DNA of 24,339 nucleotides from Acidimicrobiia bacterium (lineage in GTDB: Bacteria > Actinomycetota > Acidimicrobiia > Spongiisociales > Spongiisociaceae). A program made the translations under genes and the position numbers. The notes below the pieces were generated by a model. The model was not told the origin of the DNA, ran no database searches, and saw only the letters and a program-made list of their open reading frames with translations. The DNA is taken from NCBI GenBank assembly GCA_041576165.1, contig JBFGLM010000063.1:1-24339 (forward strand). The letters run 5' to 3'. Positions 9,711 to 18,131 of this stretch are shown here, piece by piece (position 1 is the first letter of the stretch; each line of letters opens with the position of its first letter).

Positions 9711-11737
9711 GCGGCCTCCCACTCGAGCCGGAGCGCGTTGACCATCACCTCGGTCTCGAACCCGCCCGCAATGAGCTGCATCATGACCTCGCCGGCGGGC
9801 GAGGTATACGGTCCGGACGGGAACGGTTCACGTTCCTCGATTGCGACGAATGCCCCGGCCTGCCAATCGTATACCTCGATGCGTTCGAGCTGCCCGAGGC
9901 CCGGACCGCCCGCATTGGTCAACGTCAGCTGGCGGCTGCCGTTGGGTACGACGAAACGCACACCTACAGAGTCGGCCCCGTAGACAAAACTGGGTCCGTA
10001 CTGTTCGATCCAATCTGCCCCAGGTGCCGTAACCAGCTCCGCGGTGGCCGATCCCGGCTCGGTGATCGGGCCGGACTCGGTCTCAACGACGATCAAACTG
10101 CGACCGGTGGCCACCTGATCGCTGCCATCCGCCACCACCGGGAGACGCACGTCGTCGGTGAAGCCAAAGAAGTACGTACCATCCAGCACGAGGCCCTCGT
10201 TCAACTGGGTGGCCGCCCAGGAGAGCGGCCAGATGGAGTTCTCCGAGCCGTCGAATTCGACGAACGGGCGGTTGAAGAAGGCGTCGGCAATCGGGCTCTG
10301 CGAAAAGACTTCCTCCGGGACCCGGACAGCCGGGCCCAGCCCGGCCGAACCCCCGGCTGGGAGCGGGCCGTCGGACACGGCGAAGCCTTCTGCCGTTCGC
10401 ACCCCCCAACGATCGAAGTCCCAGTCGGTGAGGTTGTGGATCGTGTCGTCCTCGAGGCGGATCCCCACCGAGGCAGGCGCCCAGCTGGCTCGGGCCGAGC
10501 CCACCCCGAGGCTGGCGAGTTCGAACGCCACCTCCGGCCGGCCTCGTTCGTCTATGCGGATCTCCGTTTCGGTGCGTCCTCCCGAGCCGAACCAGTTGGC
10601 CGCATCGAAAGGCGTCAGCGTCACGGCCTCGGAGAAGGCGAGCCGGTGCTCACCTTCGGTACCGCCGGCAAGGACGAAGCCGGTTTCGGCCCGGATGGAA
10701 GCCCGATCCTGAACCACGACACTGGCGTGGCGGACGTCGATGGAGCTGGCGTCGCTCCCACCGACAAGCCAGAAAGCGAACATTCCGGCAATGCTGAGAA
10801 CGGGGACGGTGATCCACGCCCAATCGCGCCGGTTCATGCGGGCCAGGACGAAGAAGTTCACGGGCCCGACGACTGCCACGTAGAGCACGAGTGCCGTGAC
10901 CAGCCAGCCGAAGCGCAGGTCCTCGCCCTGCTGCCCGAACGAGGCTGCCTCGAACAGAGTGGAGCCGAGCTGTGACGGCTCCCCGCCCGACCCGGCGATG
11001 AAGCTCGCCGGCGGTACGGACGTCAGGGTGAAGGCACCTTCGCCGGTTGCGGTCAGAGGATCGATGTTGACGACGCCTGCGCCGACGACCTGTTCGCGGC
11101 CGTTGGCCGGCAACAGGCCGACGGCTGCAACTGCCTCAGCGGTTCCGATCAGCCGGCCGCCGTCTTCCACCCAGCGCGTCACCCGGTCGGATACAGGCAC
11201 CTCGGGCGCGCGCTGCATGATCAGGTAATCGAGAACGTCAAAACCGCCGGCGAGGGTCGCGTCATCGATGGCGACTGCGGCCACATCGAGCGCGAAAGGG
11301 ACCGTCGCGGCCGTATCGACAGCACTGACCAGCGCGGCATCTCCGAGGACTCCTGCGATGATCTCTTCCAGGGGAACCCGAGCGTTTGTGCGGACATCAG
11401 CGACCGTCTTGCCCCGGTCATCCACCACGGCCACCACTGTCGTGCCACCCCGCTCAGCCGGAGGAAAGTCGAGGCTGTACACCTTGGTCGTCGCGGCCGG
11501 GACCTCGATTGGAGTCGAGAGGGTTGACCGGCCCATCGTCACCTTCAGGCTTCCTACCGTCAGAACGTCTGAGGTCAGGGCCACCCGCACCGGATTGGCG
11601 CTATCGGTCGTGATGAAACCGCCGATCCCCACTTCTGGCTCGATCTGGATTGGATTCTGCGCAGACGCAGGCTGCGCCCCGAGCGCGACCAGCAACCCGA
11701 CCGCCGCCACAATCCGACGCACGTCGATCCCTCTCAT
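9707..11737 (-). CDS. Secreted/membrane hypothetical protein, first gene of the MoxR/VWA/ABC operon
   Basis: Signal-peptide-like N-terminus ending in A-S-A, a GATase-like WVEDGGRLI segment, and a central TM hairpin LYVAVVGPVNFFVL...WAWITVP. Coupled to the ABC ATPase gene. Confidence 0.8.
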   Translation of the reverse strand: MRGIDVRRIVAAVGLLVALGAQPASAQNPIQIEPEVGIGGFITTDSANPVRVALTSDVLTVGSLKVTMGRSTLSTPIEVPAATTKVYSLDFPPAERGGTTVVAVVDDRGKTVADVRTNARVPLEEIIAGVLGDAALVSAVDTAATVPFALDVAAVAIDDATLAGGFDVLDYLIMQRAPEVPVSDRVTRWVEDGGRLIGTAEAVAAVGLLPANGREQVVGAGVVNIDPLTATGEGAFTLTSVPPASFIAGSGGEPSQLGSTLFEAASFGQQGEDLRFGWLVTALVLYVAVVGPVNFFVLARMNRRDWAWITVPVLSIAGMFAFWLVGGSDASSIDVRHASVVVQDRASIRAETGFVLAGGTEGEHRLAFSEAVTLTPFDAANWFGSGGRTETEIRIDERGRPEVAFELASLGVGSARASWAPASVGIRLEDDTIHNLTDWDFDRWGVRTAEGFAVSDGPLPAGGSAGLGPAVRVPEEVFSQSPIADAFFNRPFVEFDGSENSIWPLSWAATQLNEGLVLDGTYFFGFTDDVRLPVVADGSDQVATGRSLIVVETESGPITEPGSATAELVTAPGADWIEQYGPSFVYGADSVGVRFVVPNGSRQLTLTNAGGPGLGQLERIEVYDWQAGAFVAIEEREPFPSGPYTSPAGEVMMQLIAGGFETEVMVNALRLEWEAA

Positions 11738-11745
11738 CCTCTACA

Positions 11746-11772
11746 GACGCCGCTGCCCCACCGTTTGGTTCC
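11746..11772 (-). promoter_or_regulatory. Putative ECF sigma-factor promoter GGAACC-N17-CGTC
   Basis: The minus strand reads GGAACC aaacggtggggcagcgg CGTC tgtagagg ATG, matching the GGAAC...CGTY pattern of actinobacterial ECF sigma factors. It ends 8 nt before the start codon. Confidence 0.55.
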
Positions 11773-11913
11773 CTTCCGTTTGAGAGTATTCGCACGGTCC
11801 CCTGCTGGCGGGTCCCCATCCACAGTCTCCTTGCCAGAGCCTCGAAGGCGGCTGAGGCGACATAGGAGCCGCCAGGGCCCGCGCCGCACAGCCTCCCTCC
11901 CCTAGCGAACAGA

Positions 11914-11950
11914 GGGTCTGCAGACCCCGGCGCACGACGCGGATGCGCCG
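11914..11950. terminator. Palindrome plus hairpin downstream of the acyl-CoA dehydrogenase gene (possible terminator)
   Basis: Perfect 14-bp palindrome GGGTCTGCAGACCC (11914-11927) adjacent to CGGCGCA-N9-TGCGCCG (11928-11950), about 20 nt after the stop. No U-tract. Confidence 0.35.
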
Positions 11951-11969
11951 CCCTCCGCGGCAACTCGAA

Positions 11970-13214
11970 TCAGAGATCGCCGTCTTCGTAGAGCGGCGGA
12001 ACATGGCCGGGCTCGTAGCGGCGGAGTTCACGGCGTGCGAGCGAACGCTTGTGCACCTCGTCGGGACCGTCGGCGATCTGAAGGGTCCGGACGTGTGCAT
12101 AGAGGGCCGCGAGGGGGAAATCGTCGGTGACACCGGCTGCGCCGAACAGCTGGATAGCCCGGTCGAGCACATATTTAGCCACCCGAGGTGCGATCACCTT
12201 GATGGCGGAAATCTCCACCCGGGCGTTCCTGACCCCGACGGTATCGATCAGCCAGGCCGTCTTGAGCACCAAGAGGCGGGCCTGTTCGATCTGCATGCGG
12301 GATTCGGCGATCCAGTCCTGCACCACACCATGGTCGGAGACCGGCTGGCCAAAGGTCTCCCGGGCCTTGGCTCGCGAGCACATCAAATCGAACGCCCGCT
12401 CCGCCATCCCGAGCGCACGCATGCAGTGGTGGATGCGTCCCGGGCCCAGCCGGGCCTGGGCGATTGCGAAACCGCCGCCTTCTTCGCCCAAGAGGTTCGA
12501 TTTCGGGACGCGCACGTTGTCGAAGTGAATGGTCGGGTGGCCGCTGCGGTCGTGGTAGCCAAACACCGTCACGTCGCGCTCGATGGTCACACCGGGCGCG
12601 TCCATGGGCACGATCACCATGGACTGGCGTCGGTACGTGTCGGCCTCGGGATTCGTGACACCCATCACGATCGACAGCGTGCACCGGGGTGACGCGGCGC
12701 CGCTCGAGAACCATTTCCTGCCGCGGATCACATACTCATCGCCGTCGGAGTCGATCCGGGCCCGGATGTTGGTGGCATCCGACGAGGCCACATCCGGCTC
12801 GGTCATGGAGAAACAGGAGCGGATCTCACCCTCGAGCAGCGGATAGAGCCACCGTCCCTTCTGCTCGTCTGTGCCGAACATGTGAAGAATCTCCATGTTG
12901 CCGGTGTTGGGCGCGTCACAGTTCATGGCCTCGGGCGCCAGGTTGGGTGACCGTCCGCTGATCTCCGCCAGGGGGGCGTAGTCGAGCACCGACAGCCCAG
13001 CACCGTCCTCGTCGTCTGGCAGGAACAGGTTCCAGAGTCCGCGCGACCGAGCTTCCTTCTTCAGATCCTCGATGATGGCCGGATGATGGTTTGGATCGCC
13101 CGATTGCTCCATCTGTTGCCGATATACGGGTTCGGCTGGATATACGTGCTCGTCCATGAAGTCGAGCAGCCTGCCGCGATACTCCTCAGCCTTGGCGCTG
13201 AATGCGAACTCCAT
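11970..13214 (-). CDS. Acyl-CoA dehydrogenase family protein (ACAD10/11-like)
   Basis: NCDAPNTGNME, CFSMTEPDVASSDATNI, GRKWFSSGA, AQARLGPGRIHHCMR and IADGPDEVH. GGAG RBS upstream. Confidence 0.95.
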   Translation of the reverse strand: MEFAFSAKAEEYRGRLLDFMDEHVYPAEPVYRQQMEQSGDPNHHPAIIEDLKKEARSRGLWNLFLPDDEDGAGLSVLDYAPLAEISGRSPNLAPEAMNCDAPNTGNMEILHMFGTDEQKGRWLYPLLEGEIRSCFSMTEPDVASSDATNIRARIDSDGDEYVIRGRKWFSSGAASPRCTLSIVMGVTNPEADTYRRQSMVIVPMDAPGVTIERDVTVFGYHDRSGHPTIHFDNVRVPKSNLLGEEGGGFAIAQARLGPGRIHHCMRALGMAERAFDLMCSRAKARETFGQPVSDHGVVQDWIAESRMQIEQARLLVLKTAWLIDTVGVRNARVEISAIKVIAPRVAKYVLDRAIQLFGAAGVTDDFPLAALYAHVRTLQIADGPDEVHKRSLARRELRRYEPGHVPPLYEDGDL

Positions 13215-13338
13215 CGATCATCTCCCAGTGTCTCTGGCTCCACCCTAGAGCGAGAAGCCCGGCCCCGAACCGCCGAATACGTCACGTGTCCGGGGCTGGG
13301 GGCGCTCATGAGGTTGCGGAGGTAGCGAAGGATGTCAC

Positions 13339-13368
13339 TTGACGAACCATGGCATTGGGCCAAAGACT
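13339..13368 (+). promoter_or_regulatory. Possible housekeeping-sigma promoter for a leaderless GNAT transcript
   Basis: TTGACG-N18-AAGACT-N6-ATG(13375), with no RBS before that ATG. The -10 element lacks the first T. Confidence 0.35.
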
Positions 13369-13374
13369 GACCCC

Positions 13375-13854
13375 ATGGCAGACGTGCGACGCCTCCGTGT
13401 AGAAGAAGCAGAAGCAACTACCAATCTGTGGGCTGCATACGCATCCGAGCTTGCAGAGCCTCGCGACGGCCTCAGCGATGAGTCGCGCAGTGCAATAGTC
13501 GAACACCTGCGGGCCAATTCGACGCACCCCCAGGCGACCTGTCTCGTTGCCGTCGAGGACGGCGGCATCGTGGGCTTTGCGACCGCCGCCACCTTCACCC
13601 ATCCCACCCTCAGCGGGGTGCTGGGCGAGATCGAAGAGATCTATGTGGCTCCGGCTCATCGCCGCAAAGGATTGGGAACGGCGCTGGCGGAAGCCATCCT
13701 CGACTGGATCGACGATCAGGGTGGCAATGTGATGAAGGTCCGCGTCGGCCGCGGGTTGGGCGAGCCACGGGCGATTGCGTTCTGGGAATCGATGGGCTTC
13801 GAAGCCGACATGGTTGAGTGTTCGCTCTACCCGGCGGCGGCGCGCGTGCGCTGA
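13375..13854 (+). CDS. GNAT family N-acetyltransferase
   Basis: LVAVEDGGIVGF, IEEIYVAPAHRRKGLGTAL (motif A, R-x-x-G-x-G) and AIAFWESMGF. ATG 13375 is preferred over TTG 13339. Confidence 0.9.
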   Translation: MADVRRLRVEEAEATTNLWAAYASELAEPRDGLSDESRSAIVEHLRANSTHPQATCLVAVEDGGIVGFATAATFTHPTLSGVLGEIEEIYVAPAHRRKGLGTALAEAILDWIDDQGGNVMKVRVGRGLGEPRAIAFWESMGFEADMVECSLYPAAARVR

Positions 13855-13876
13855 CCCGCGCCGAGGCGGCGTTTGG

Positions 13877-13910
13877 ACCACTGGCTCTAAGACACCACTG
13901 GCTCTGAGAT
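13877..13910. repeat. 17-bp tandem duplication in a convergent intergenic region
   Basis: ACCACTGGCTCTAAGAC / ACCACTGGCTCTGAGAT, 15/17 identical. Confidence 0.8.
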
Positions 13911-13983
13911 GACTTCCGTACGACGCGTCGTCTCCTCCCGAGGACGCGCCGCAACGACTCGCCGGCGCCGGGCGCGGGCGAAC

Positions 13984-14385
13984 TCAGCCGCCGCCGATGT
14001 CTTGATCGAATGCGTCGTAGACGAGTTCAGCGCTCCGCGCGCAGTGGCCGTCGATGGCGTCGGCCAGGCGAGAAATCCAACCCCGATGGTCGGCGGGATC
14101 GTGAAACTCCTCCAAGACTCCAATATCCTCTTCGAGTTCGAGGTGCTGTTCCCGCAGGCGGGCGACTTCACCGGACAGCCGGGGAGCGCCCTCTTCGAGC
14201 ATTTCGAACAGACCGCCCGGCCCCTCAACCTGGCTGCGGTGCTTCTCCCACGAGCTGCGAAGTTCGTCGAGTGGGAACGCCTTGAGCCCGTCGCCGTCCA
14301 GCCACCCCCGCAACAGCCGGCCCATCTGCCGGAGATCGGGGCAATCGCCACGGATGAGTGCGGGTTTTGACTGTGGATAGGACAT
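13984..14385 (-). CDS. Small helical protein resembling actinobacterial hemerythrin-like (HHE) proteins
   Basis: HRSQVEGPGGLF...APRL...RLREQH...GHCARSAELVYDAFDQDIGGG. Recognised from memory of the family pattern, not from a search. Confidence 0.65.
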   Translation of the reverse strand: MSYPQSKPALIRGDCPDLRQMGRLLRGWLDGDGLKAFPLDELRSSWEKHRSQVEGPGGLFEMLEEGAPRLSGEVARLREQHLELEEDIGVLEEFHDPADHRGWISRLADAIDGHCARSAELVYDAFDQDIGGG

Positions 14386-14500
14386 ACCGCAACTTGAGCG
14401 GGGAGTCCGCGGACAGCCCAGGGTCGAAGGTCACGATTAGTCACTTTTCCGGCGAGTCGAGACCGAATGCCACAGCCGGCGCGGTCTGCTCCGCCGGCGA

Positions 14501-14525
14501 TGGGGCGTCGTATACTACGGCCCCA
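14501..14525 (+). promoter_or_regulatory. TATACT -10 box inside an imperfect inverted repeat upstream of the STAS gene
   Basis: TGGGGC-GT-CGTA-TAC-TACG-GCCCCA, with TATACT at 14511-14516. Confidence 0.4.
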
Positions 14526-14544
14526 CTCTCCACGAGCTGGACCA

Positions 14545-14883
14545 ATGACGACACATCTCGAGATCGAACGATCAGAACGGGCTGACGCAGTAGTTGTGGC
14601 AGCAAGAGGTGAGATCGACCTCGCCTCAGCGCCGGAGCTAGAGCGTCATCTGAACGACGCTATCGGCGACGGGCATGTCGTGATCGACTTGCTGGGAATC
14701 ACGTTTGTCGACTCGACCGGCCTACGCGCTCTGATCATGGCGGACGAACGAGCACGGGAGAAGGGCGGCCGGCTGACACTCGTGCTCGCCCCTGGGCCCG
14801 TCACCAAGCTGTTCGACATCACGGGCGTCGATCAGCACCTCACGGTCACGGATTCGGTCGACTCCGCCCTGGCTGCGACCTGA
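14545..14883 (+). CDS. STAS domain anti-sigma factor antagonist (RsbV/SpoIIAA-like)
   Basis: GEIDLASAPEL, VVIDLLGITFVDSTGL (phospho-acceptor Ser in DSTG) and LFDITGV. Start reassigned from 14467 to ATG 14545. Confidence 0.93.
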   Translation: MTTHLEIERSERADAVVVAARGEIDLASAPELERHLNDAIGDGHVVIDLLGITFVDSTGLRALIMADERAREKGGRLTLVLAPGPVTKLFDITGVDQHLTVTDSVDSALAAT

Positions 14884-14893
14884 CACTCACCGG

Positions 14894-15382
14894 TTACCCC
14901 CCGGCGGCGACCCGGCGCAACTCATCTACGGCTCGATGAACCTCGTCGAGTGCCCTCCGAACGGCGTCGGCCACCGCTTCGGGTAGCGGCTGGTCGAGGG
15001 CGGCTTCGAGGTCGTCAATTGCCTCTTCCTCGCCTGTGATCGCGGATTCGACGATGGCCTGGTCGCCGGCGACGGCTCCCTCGAGTTTGATCCAACCTCG
15101 ATGGATCGCTCCGGGCACCGTCCCGCGCAGGCCCTCCGGCTCTGCGGACAGCTCCTCTGCTGCGACCCGCACCACGTCAGCCCGGGCTGTCTCGCGGCGA
15201 CGCCCGAGATCACGCAACAACGCGGTGACGACCGGGTCGCTGGTCTCCTGCGCGGCGGTTTCGTAGCCCCGTACTCCGTTCTCGAGTGCTTCGAATACCT
15301 TGCTCAAATCTGGATCGAAAGGGGCCTGATCGGGGCTTGCGGCCACCGATGCGGCAACCTCTGCTCCGTGACGATCCACCAT
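14894..15382 (-). CDS. PA2169/DUF2383 family four-helix-bundle (ferritin-like) protein
   Basis: NGVRGYETAA...GTVPGAIHRGWIKL...GEEEAIDDLEAAL...LP pattern. GAGGAG RBS. Confidence 0.82.
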   Translation of the reverse strand: MVDRHGAEVAASVAASPDQAPFDPDLSKVFEALENGVRGYETAAQETSDPVVTALLRDLGRRRETARADVVRVAAEELSAEPEGLRGTVPGAIHRGWIKLEGAVAGDQAIVESAITGEEEAIDDLEAALDQPLPEAVADAVRRALDEVHRAVDELRRVAAGG

Positions 15383-15413
15383 GCGCTACTCCTCAGCTCG
15401 ACTCCGGGCGGGG

Positions 15414-15440
15414 ATACCCAATCGTGCACGCCTCCAAACC
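15414..15440 (-). promoter_or_regulatory. SigB/SigF-type promoter GGTTT-N16-GGGTAT
   Basis: The minus strand reads GGTTT ggaggcgtgcacgatt GGGTAT, about 31 nt before ATG 15382. Confidence 0.8.
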
Positions 15441-15455
15441 CCCAACCCACGCGGA

Positions 15456-15483
15456 CGGGCCGCTCCGGTTGAGGAGCGGCCCG
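15456..15483 (-). terminator. GC-rich hairpin, probable terminator of the GlsB/YeaQ gene
   Basis: Perfect 11-bp stem CGGGCCGCTCC-N6-GGAGCGGCCCG, 30 nt past the stop at 15514. Weak U-tail. Confidence 0.6.
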
Positions 15484-15513
15484 GCGGCGTCAGCGTCGGG
15501 TATGGGAGGAGAG

Positions 15514-15777
15514 TCAGACGGTGACGCTGTTACGGCTACTGACAGCTCGGTACACGAGCAGCGCGACAACTGCGCCGATGATCGAACCGACGATGCCCGA
15601 GGCGTTCAGATCCAGGTTGCCCTCGAAGATGAGCGCACCTAGGAATCCACCTACGAACGAGCCGACAATACCTAGAACCATCGTCGCGAGAATGCCCATC
15701 GGGTCAGGACCCGGAACCAGCAGCCGAGCGACGAAGCCGGCGATCAAGCCGACGATCAGAAACACGATGATGCCCAT
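15514..15777 (-). CDS. GlsB/YeaQ/YmgE family stress-response membrane protein (transglycosylase-associated)
   Basis: MGIIVFLIVGLIAGFVARLLVPG...LGIVGSFVGGFL...SIIGAVVAL. AGGAGG RBS. Confidence 0.93.
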   Translation of the reverse strand: MGIIVFLIVGLIAGFVARLLVPGPDPMGILATMVLGIVGSFVGGFLGALIFEGNLDLNASGIVGSIIGAVVALLVYRAVSSRNSVTV

Positions 15778-15808
15778 TGATTACCTCCTATCCGTGTCTG
15801 CGGGTCAT

Positions 15809-15834
15809 ATTCCCCGGCCCGGGGCAGTCCAAAC
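15809..15834 (-). promoter_or_regulatory. SigB/SigF-type promoter GTTT-N16-GGGAAT
   Basis: The minus strand reads GTTT ggactgccccgggccg GGGAAT, about 31 nt before ATG 15777. Confidence 0.75.
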
Positions 15835-16074
15835 ATCCCAATGTCGTTTTTCCTCACGGGCACCGCAGTGGCGGTCCCCAGGCGCGAAACACCGGTCTCG
15901 AGAGCGGCCGCACGCGACTCGAAGGGCATAGCACTTATGCTCCACCGAGCACAGTGGGCTCGGGTGATCAACGTCGTCCAGCCGCACAGCTCGGGGGCTG
16001 GCCGTCCGAAGCGCGGGCCCGGCGCAAGGTCGGGGGTTGACGGGTCGGCGATCCGTGGGTGCGGCAGCGAGGCG

Positions 16075-17301
16075 TCAGAATTCGCGGCGTACCGGCAGCA
16101 GAAGCTTGGCCACGAGCCGCTCAGACAGCGACGGTTCGGCCCGGGTGCCGACCATCGGCAGGCTGGCTGCGACATCGTCGTCGAAATGCGCCATGAGCGT
16201 ACTGACGACATCCGGGTCGAGTGTGATCACCGCGACCTCTTCGTCCTTCTCGACCGAGCGGCGGTTGACGTTCACCGAACCGATCATGGCGGCGACGCCG
16301 TCTACCAGCATCGCTTTGACGTGCATCATCGTGGGTTGATACTCCCAAACCCGAACACCGTGATCGACCAGCGACGCGTAGTTGTCCTTGGCGACGATGC
16401 GGCTCACCCGCTTGTCGATGTGCGGTCCCGGGACGACCAGGTCCACCTCGACCCGACGGCGGCGCGCCTCGATGAGCAAGCCCACCAGCTCATCGGTTGG
16501 ATTGAAATACGGCGTCTGGATTCGGATGCTTCTATGCGCGGCAGCAACCAATGCCTCGATCGCTCGCTCGGCATCGTTGACACCGATCTGCGCGGAGCCG
16601 TCGATGACGGCCAGCTTGGTCGAGCCGCACTCCTCGGGTTTGTCCACGTCGATGTCGGCGATATCGATTCTGTGGCCGGTGTCCCGCCAGTCCGTGATGA
16701 ACGCGGCCCTGAGTCCCAGCACCGCCGGGCCTCGAATCTCAAAGTGCGTGTCGCGCCACTCGCTGGGATTACGAGCGTCGCCTTCCCATTCCGATGCGAT
16801 CCCCACCCCGCCGGTGAACGCCACCTTGTCGTCACACACCAGGATCTTGCGGTGGGTGCGGTGATCGGACTCCCATAACTTCCAACGGACAATCGGACGG
16901 AATCGTTCAACGACGGCCCCCGCCGCTCGCATGTCCTCAATGAGTTCCTGCCTCATCGGCAACGACCCGAATCCATCGAGAATGACACGCACCCGCACCC
17001 CGTTGCGGGCCTTTTGGGCCAGCGCGGAGGCGAAACGTCGCGCTATCTCACCGGTCCAGTAGACGAACGTCACGAAGTCGATCGATCGCTCCGCTTCCTC
17101 GATCGCGGCCAGCATTGCCGGGAAGATCTCGTTTCCATTTCGCAACACGCGCAATTGGTTACCGCCCACAAAGACGTTGCCGAGGACTGATTCCACCGCC
17201 CGCTGGACGTGGCGGACGTCGTCGGCATCAGGGGTCGGCGAGCTGATTGAGAACTCGCCACCCGGCTCGTCACGCAGAGGTGATAGGTGCGAGGCGCTCA
17301 T
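16075..17301 (-). CDS. cls: Cardiolipin synthase / phospholipase D family protein (ClsB-like, no N-terminal TM)
   Basis: Two HKD motifs (HRKILVCD, HVKAMLVD), GNQLRVLRNGNEIFPAML, WRDTH and IQTPYF. Confidence 0.9.
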   Translation of the reverse strand: MSASHLSPLRDEPGGEFSISSPTPDADDVRHVQRAVESVLGNVFVGGNQLRVLRNGNEIFPAMLAAIEEAERSIDFVTFVYWTGEIARRFASALAQKARNGVRVRVILDGFGSLPMRQELIEDMRAAGAVVERFRPIVRWKLWESDHRTHRKILVCDDKVAFTGGVGIASEWEGDARNPSEWRDTHFEIRGPAVLGLRAAFITDWRDTGHRIDIADIDVDKPEECGSTKLAVIDGSAQIGVNDAERAIEALVAAAHRSIRIQTPYFNPTDELVGLLIEARRRRVEVDLVVPGPHIDKRVSRIVAKDNYASLVDHGVRVWEYQPTMMHVKAMLVDGVAAMIGSVNVNRRSVEKDEEVAVITLDPDVVSTLMAHFDDDVAASLPMVGTRAEPSLSERLVAKLLLPVRREF

Positions 17302-18131
17302 GCCGGATCCTCCAGCGCGGCCCGTAGGGCGTCGAGGTCCAAGTCAGGCTGGGGGTAGGACAAGTCCATGTCTTCCCACGATTCGATCAGCAACCGCGCG
17401 ACAGCCCAGTTGCGATACCACTTGTGATCTGACGGGACGATATACCAGGGTGCGTCCTCGGTCGAGGTCTCCTGGACGACCCGTCCGTACGCCAGCCGGT
17501 ACCGATCCCACAACCTGCGGGTGTCAAGGTCGCTCTCCCGGAACTTCCAGCGCTTGTCGTGACGGCGGAGCCGCCGCAGGAAGCGCTCCCGCTGTTCGTC
17601 GTACGAGATGTGCAGGAGGCATTTCACCACGGTGACGCCGCGGTCCACGAGGTCGGCTTCGAAACTGCGGATCTCTTCGAAACGTTCGGCGACCGTGTCG
17701 TCATCGAGCGTCTGTTCGGCAATCGGGACGAGAACGTCCTCGTAATGCGAGCGGTCGAATACACCGAGCATGCCCGGTCCGGGCACCTCCCTTTTGATCC
17801 GCCACAGGAAATGATGTTGTTTTTCCTCTTCGGTGGGCTCGCCAAACGACGCGATCTTCACACCGGCCGGGTTGACGAGCCGCACCACGTGCTTGATCGT
17901 GCCGTTCTTGCCCGAGGCGTCGGTACCTTGCAACACCAGAAGCACCGCCCGTTCCTTGGCCGCGAACATCATTTCGTGCAGATCGAAGAGCGCGTCTTCC
18001 ATGTCGTCGAGTCCGTCCTTGGCGTCGTCCTTGGAGGAGATGAACGGGGTTTCACTCTCGGGATACGCAGCGAGCGTGAACGCGTCATCGACGACCTCGG
18101 CCCGCAGGGCATCGCGTACGGAGTCAGTCAT
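17298..18131 (-). CDS. ppk2: Polyphosphate kinase 2 family protein (class III-like)
   Basis: LQGTDASGKNG (Walker A), HHFLWR, FDRSHYEDVL (Walker B), KRWKFRESDL and APWYIVPSDHKWYRN. Confidence 0.93.
   Translation of the reverse strand: MTDSVRDALRAEVVDDAFTLAAYPESETPFISSKDDAKDGLDDMEDALFDLHEMMFAAKERAVLLVLQGTDASGKNGTIKHVVRLVNPAGVKIASFGEPTEEEKQHHFLWRIKREVPGPGMLGVFDRSHYEDVLVPIAEQTLDDDTVAERFEEIRSFEADLVDRGVTVVKCLLHISYDEQRERFLRRLRRHDKRWKFRESDLDTRRLWDRYRLAYGRVVQETSTEDAPWYIVPSDHKWYRNWAVARLLIESWEDMDLSYPQPDLDLDALRAALEDPA

Noticed and set aside
5137-12692. Plus-strand ORFs 5137-6219, 6555-7274, 9659-10975 and 11943-12692
   Set aside because: They lie antisense to well-supported genes. The (LA)n run in 6555-7274 is only the reverse reading of the GQ repeat.
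13871-13896. GTTTGGAC resembling the -35 half of the stress promoter
   Set aside because: There is no GGGWA box 16 nt downstream and no credible plus-strand gene follows.
13909-14370. Plus-strand 153-aa ORF as an alternative to 13984-14385(-)
   Set aside because: It has an Arg-rich, low-information N-terminus and no motif. The minus-strand ORF has a recognisable family pattern.
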